A stretch of DNA of 64,000 nt from the NCBI GenBank assembly GCA_020891255.1, contig BQFW01000003.1, positions 1,178,001-1,242,000 of the forward strand. The letters are read 5' to 3'. The position numbers and the translations under genes are program-made. Below, piece by piece: positions 62,663 through 64,000 of the stretch. The number at the start of each line of letters is the position of its first letter. Positions within the stretch are counted from its first letter, which is position 1. This stretch comes from Entomortierella parvispora E1425. Lineage: Eukaryota; Fungi; Mortierellomycota. The notes beneath the pieces are model-generated. The model was not told the DNA's origin, ran no database searches, and saw only the letters and a list, made by a program, of their open reading frames with translations.

Positions 62663-64000
62663 TTAGCCTCCGATCAAAATCATGGGTCGGTTTTTCATGT
62701 TGACAAGGTTCGACATGCCAGCATGCTGCTTCTTCTTGTTCTTGACTGCCATCTCGATCACCTCACGAAGTTCCTCATCCGTCTTGCCCTGACGCATCAT
62801 ATCCCTCAGCGAGACTTCCGTGTTACCAAAGAGACACACCTTCAGATTTCCATCCGCAGTGATTCGAAGTCGGTTGCAAGTCCCGCAAAAATGATCAGAC
62901 ATGGAGGTGATAAATCCAACCTGACCAGCGAATCCGGGTACATGGTATGCCTTGGAGGTATCATTGGGGTCATCCACAAGCTTCTTGAACGTTGGGTGGA
63001 CGGCTTGAATATTCTGGATCAGCTCTTGGTACGGGACCAGTTTGTTCTCCTTCCACTTGTTTCCTACGAGCATTAAAAAAAAAAAAAAAAAAAAAAAAGT
63101 TAATCTTCAATTCTCAAGGAAATCATTCGGAAAATTGATGACAATTGCAACAAAAAAAAAATAAAAAAAAATTGTAAAACCCAAGCATACCTCCAAAGGG
63201 CATGTACTCAATGAAACGGACATCCACCTTCTTGTTCCGAGTAAACTCTACAAAATCCAAAACTTCCTTGTCGTTGGTCCCACGCATGACCACGCAATTG
63301 ACTTTGACGGGGGACAAACCCAGGGCCAGAGCATCATCAATGGTCTCCATAACTCTTTCAAATCCCTTCCGACGTGTCATAATCTCAAACTTGAACCGAT
63401 CCAGGGTATCTAAACTGAGGTTAAGGAGGTTCATGCCACTGTTGACCAAACTGGGCAACTTTCGCTTCAGTGCAATGCCGTTGGAAGTCATGGCAATGGT
63501 CTTGAGCCCCAGAGGCTGCAGCTCTCCCAATTGTGCTGGTATAAGAAAAGAAAAAAGAAAACGTTAGCGTTGTGTTCAAATGAGTCATAGTATACAACTA
63601 TACAACAGATGCCATGGCCCTGAAGTGCGCAGAAAATGCACAGTCAACATCCAAGGATGATCAATTAAAAACATCAAATAGCGGAGCAGGAACTTACCGA
63701 CAAGATCGTTGATGTCTTTTCGCACAGTGGGTTCGCCTCCTGTCAGTCGAATTTTTGTCACTCCTTCACCCACAAAGAGTCGCGCAAGGCGAATGATCTC
63801 TGGTGTAGTCAGAATATCGTCCTTTGGCGACAGATCAACACCTTCTGCCGGCATGCAGTATGTGCCTAGTAGCGTTTGGTCCCAAGACAGAGGTCAAAAC
63901 AGACTGTTAGTGCAAATTCAAGTTTCCCGACCCCTGTCCCACCAGATCTCATGCCTTCACTTGTGACCATGGACATACATCGAAGGTTGCATTTTTCGGT
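62663..64000 (-). CDS. moaA: GTP 3',8-cyclase MoaA/MOCS1A (radical SAM, Moco step 1), 5' end outside the window; exons >64000-63979, 63865-63698, 63535-63191, 63063-62663
   Basis: The radical-SAM motif is TEKCNLR|CTYCMP. Other motifs include [26 protein letters not shown], the second cluster [20 protein letters not shown] and the terminal ILIGG*. Confidence 0.96.

Overview
Intron-rich fungal chromosomal DNA. Gene content, short GT-AG introns and gene style suggest an early-diverging Mucoromycota fungus, probably Mortierellaceae; this is inference. About 17 loci are supported: SED5 (5'-truncated), a PD-(D/E)XK nuclease-like gene, PPM1, a mitochondrial TRM61-like methyltransferase, a probable GEMIN4 homolog, COA5/PET191, a bacterial-type beta-helix polysaccharide-lyase-like gene, gephyrin/cnxE, a low-complexity ORF with an RRNAV motif, a Con7-type C2H2 factor, an R3H-SUZ protein, a decayed lipase interrupted by a 21-bp minisatellite, GET5/MDY2, a Zn2Cys6 factor, a PARP-RING-DTC fusion, AUR1 and MoaA/MOCS1A (5'-truncated). 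I found no rRNA, tRNA, CRISPR array or intact transposon. The strongest candidate for a new system is a two-exon, 1132-aa gene at 53096-56634 (-). It fuses an H-Y-E ADP-ribosyltransferase domain to a Deltex-type RING-H2 plus DTC module, placing an ADP-ribose writer and an ADP-ribose-directed ubiquitin ligase in one polypeptide. Other notable items are the GEMIN4-like gene and the likely horizontally acquired lyase. All assignments come from manual translation, splice inference and remembered family motifs; no database search was run.
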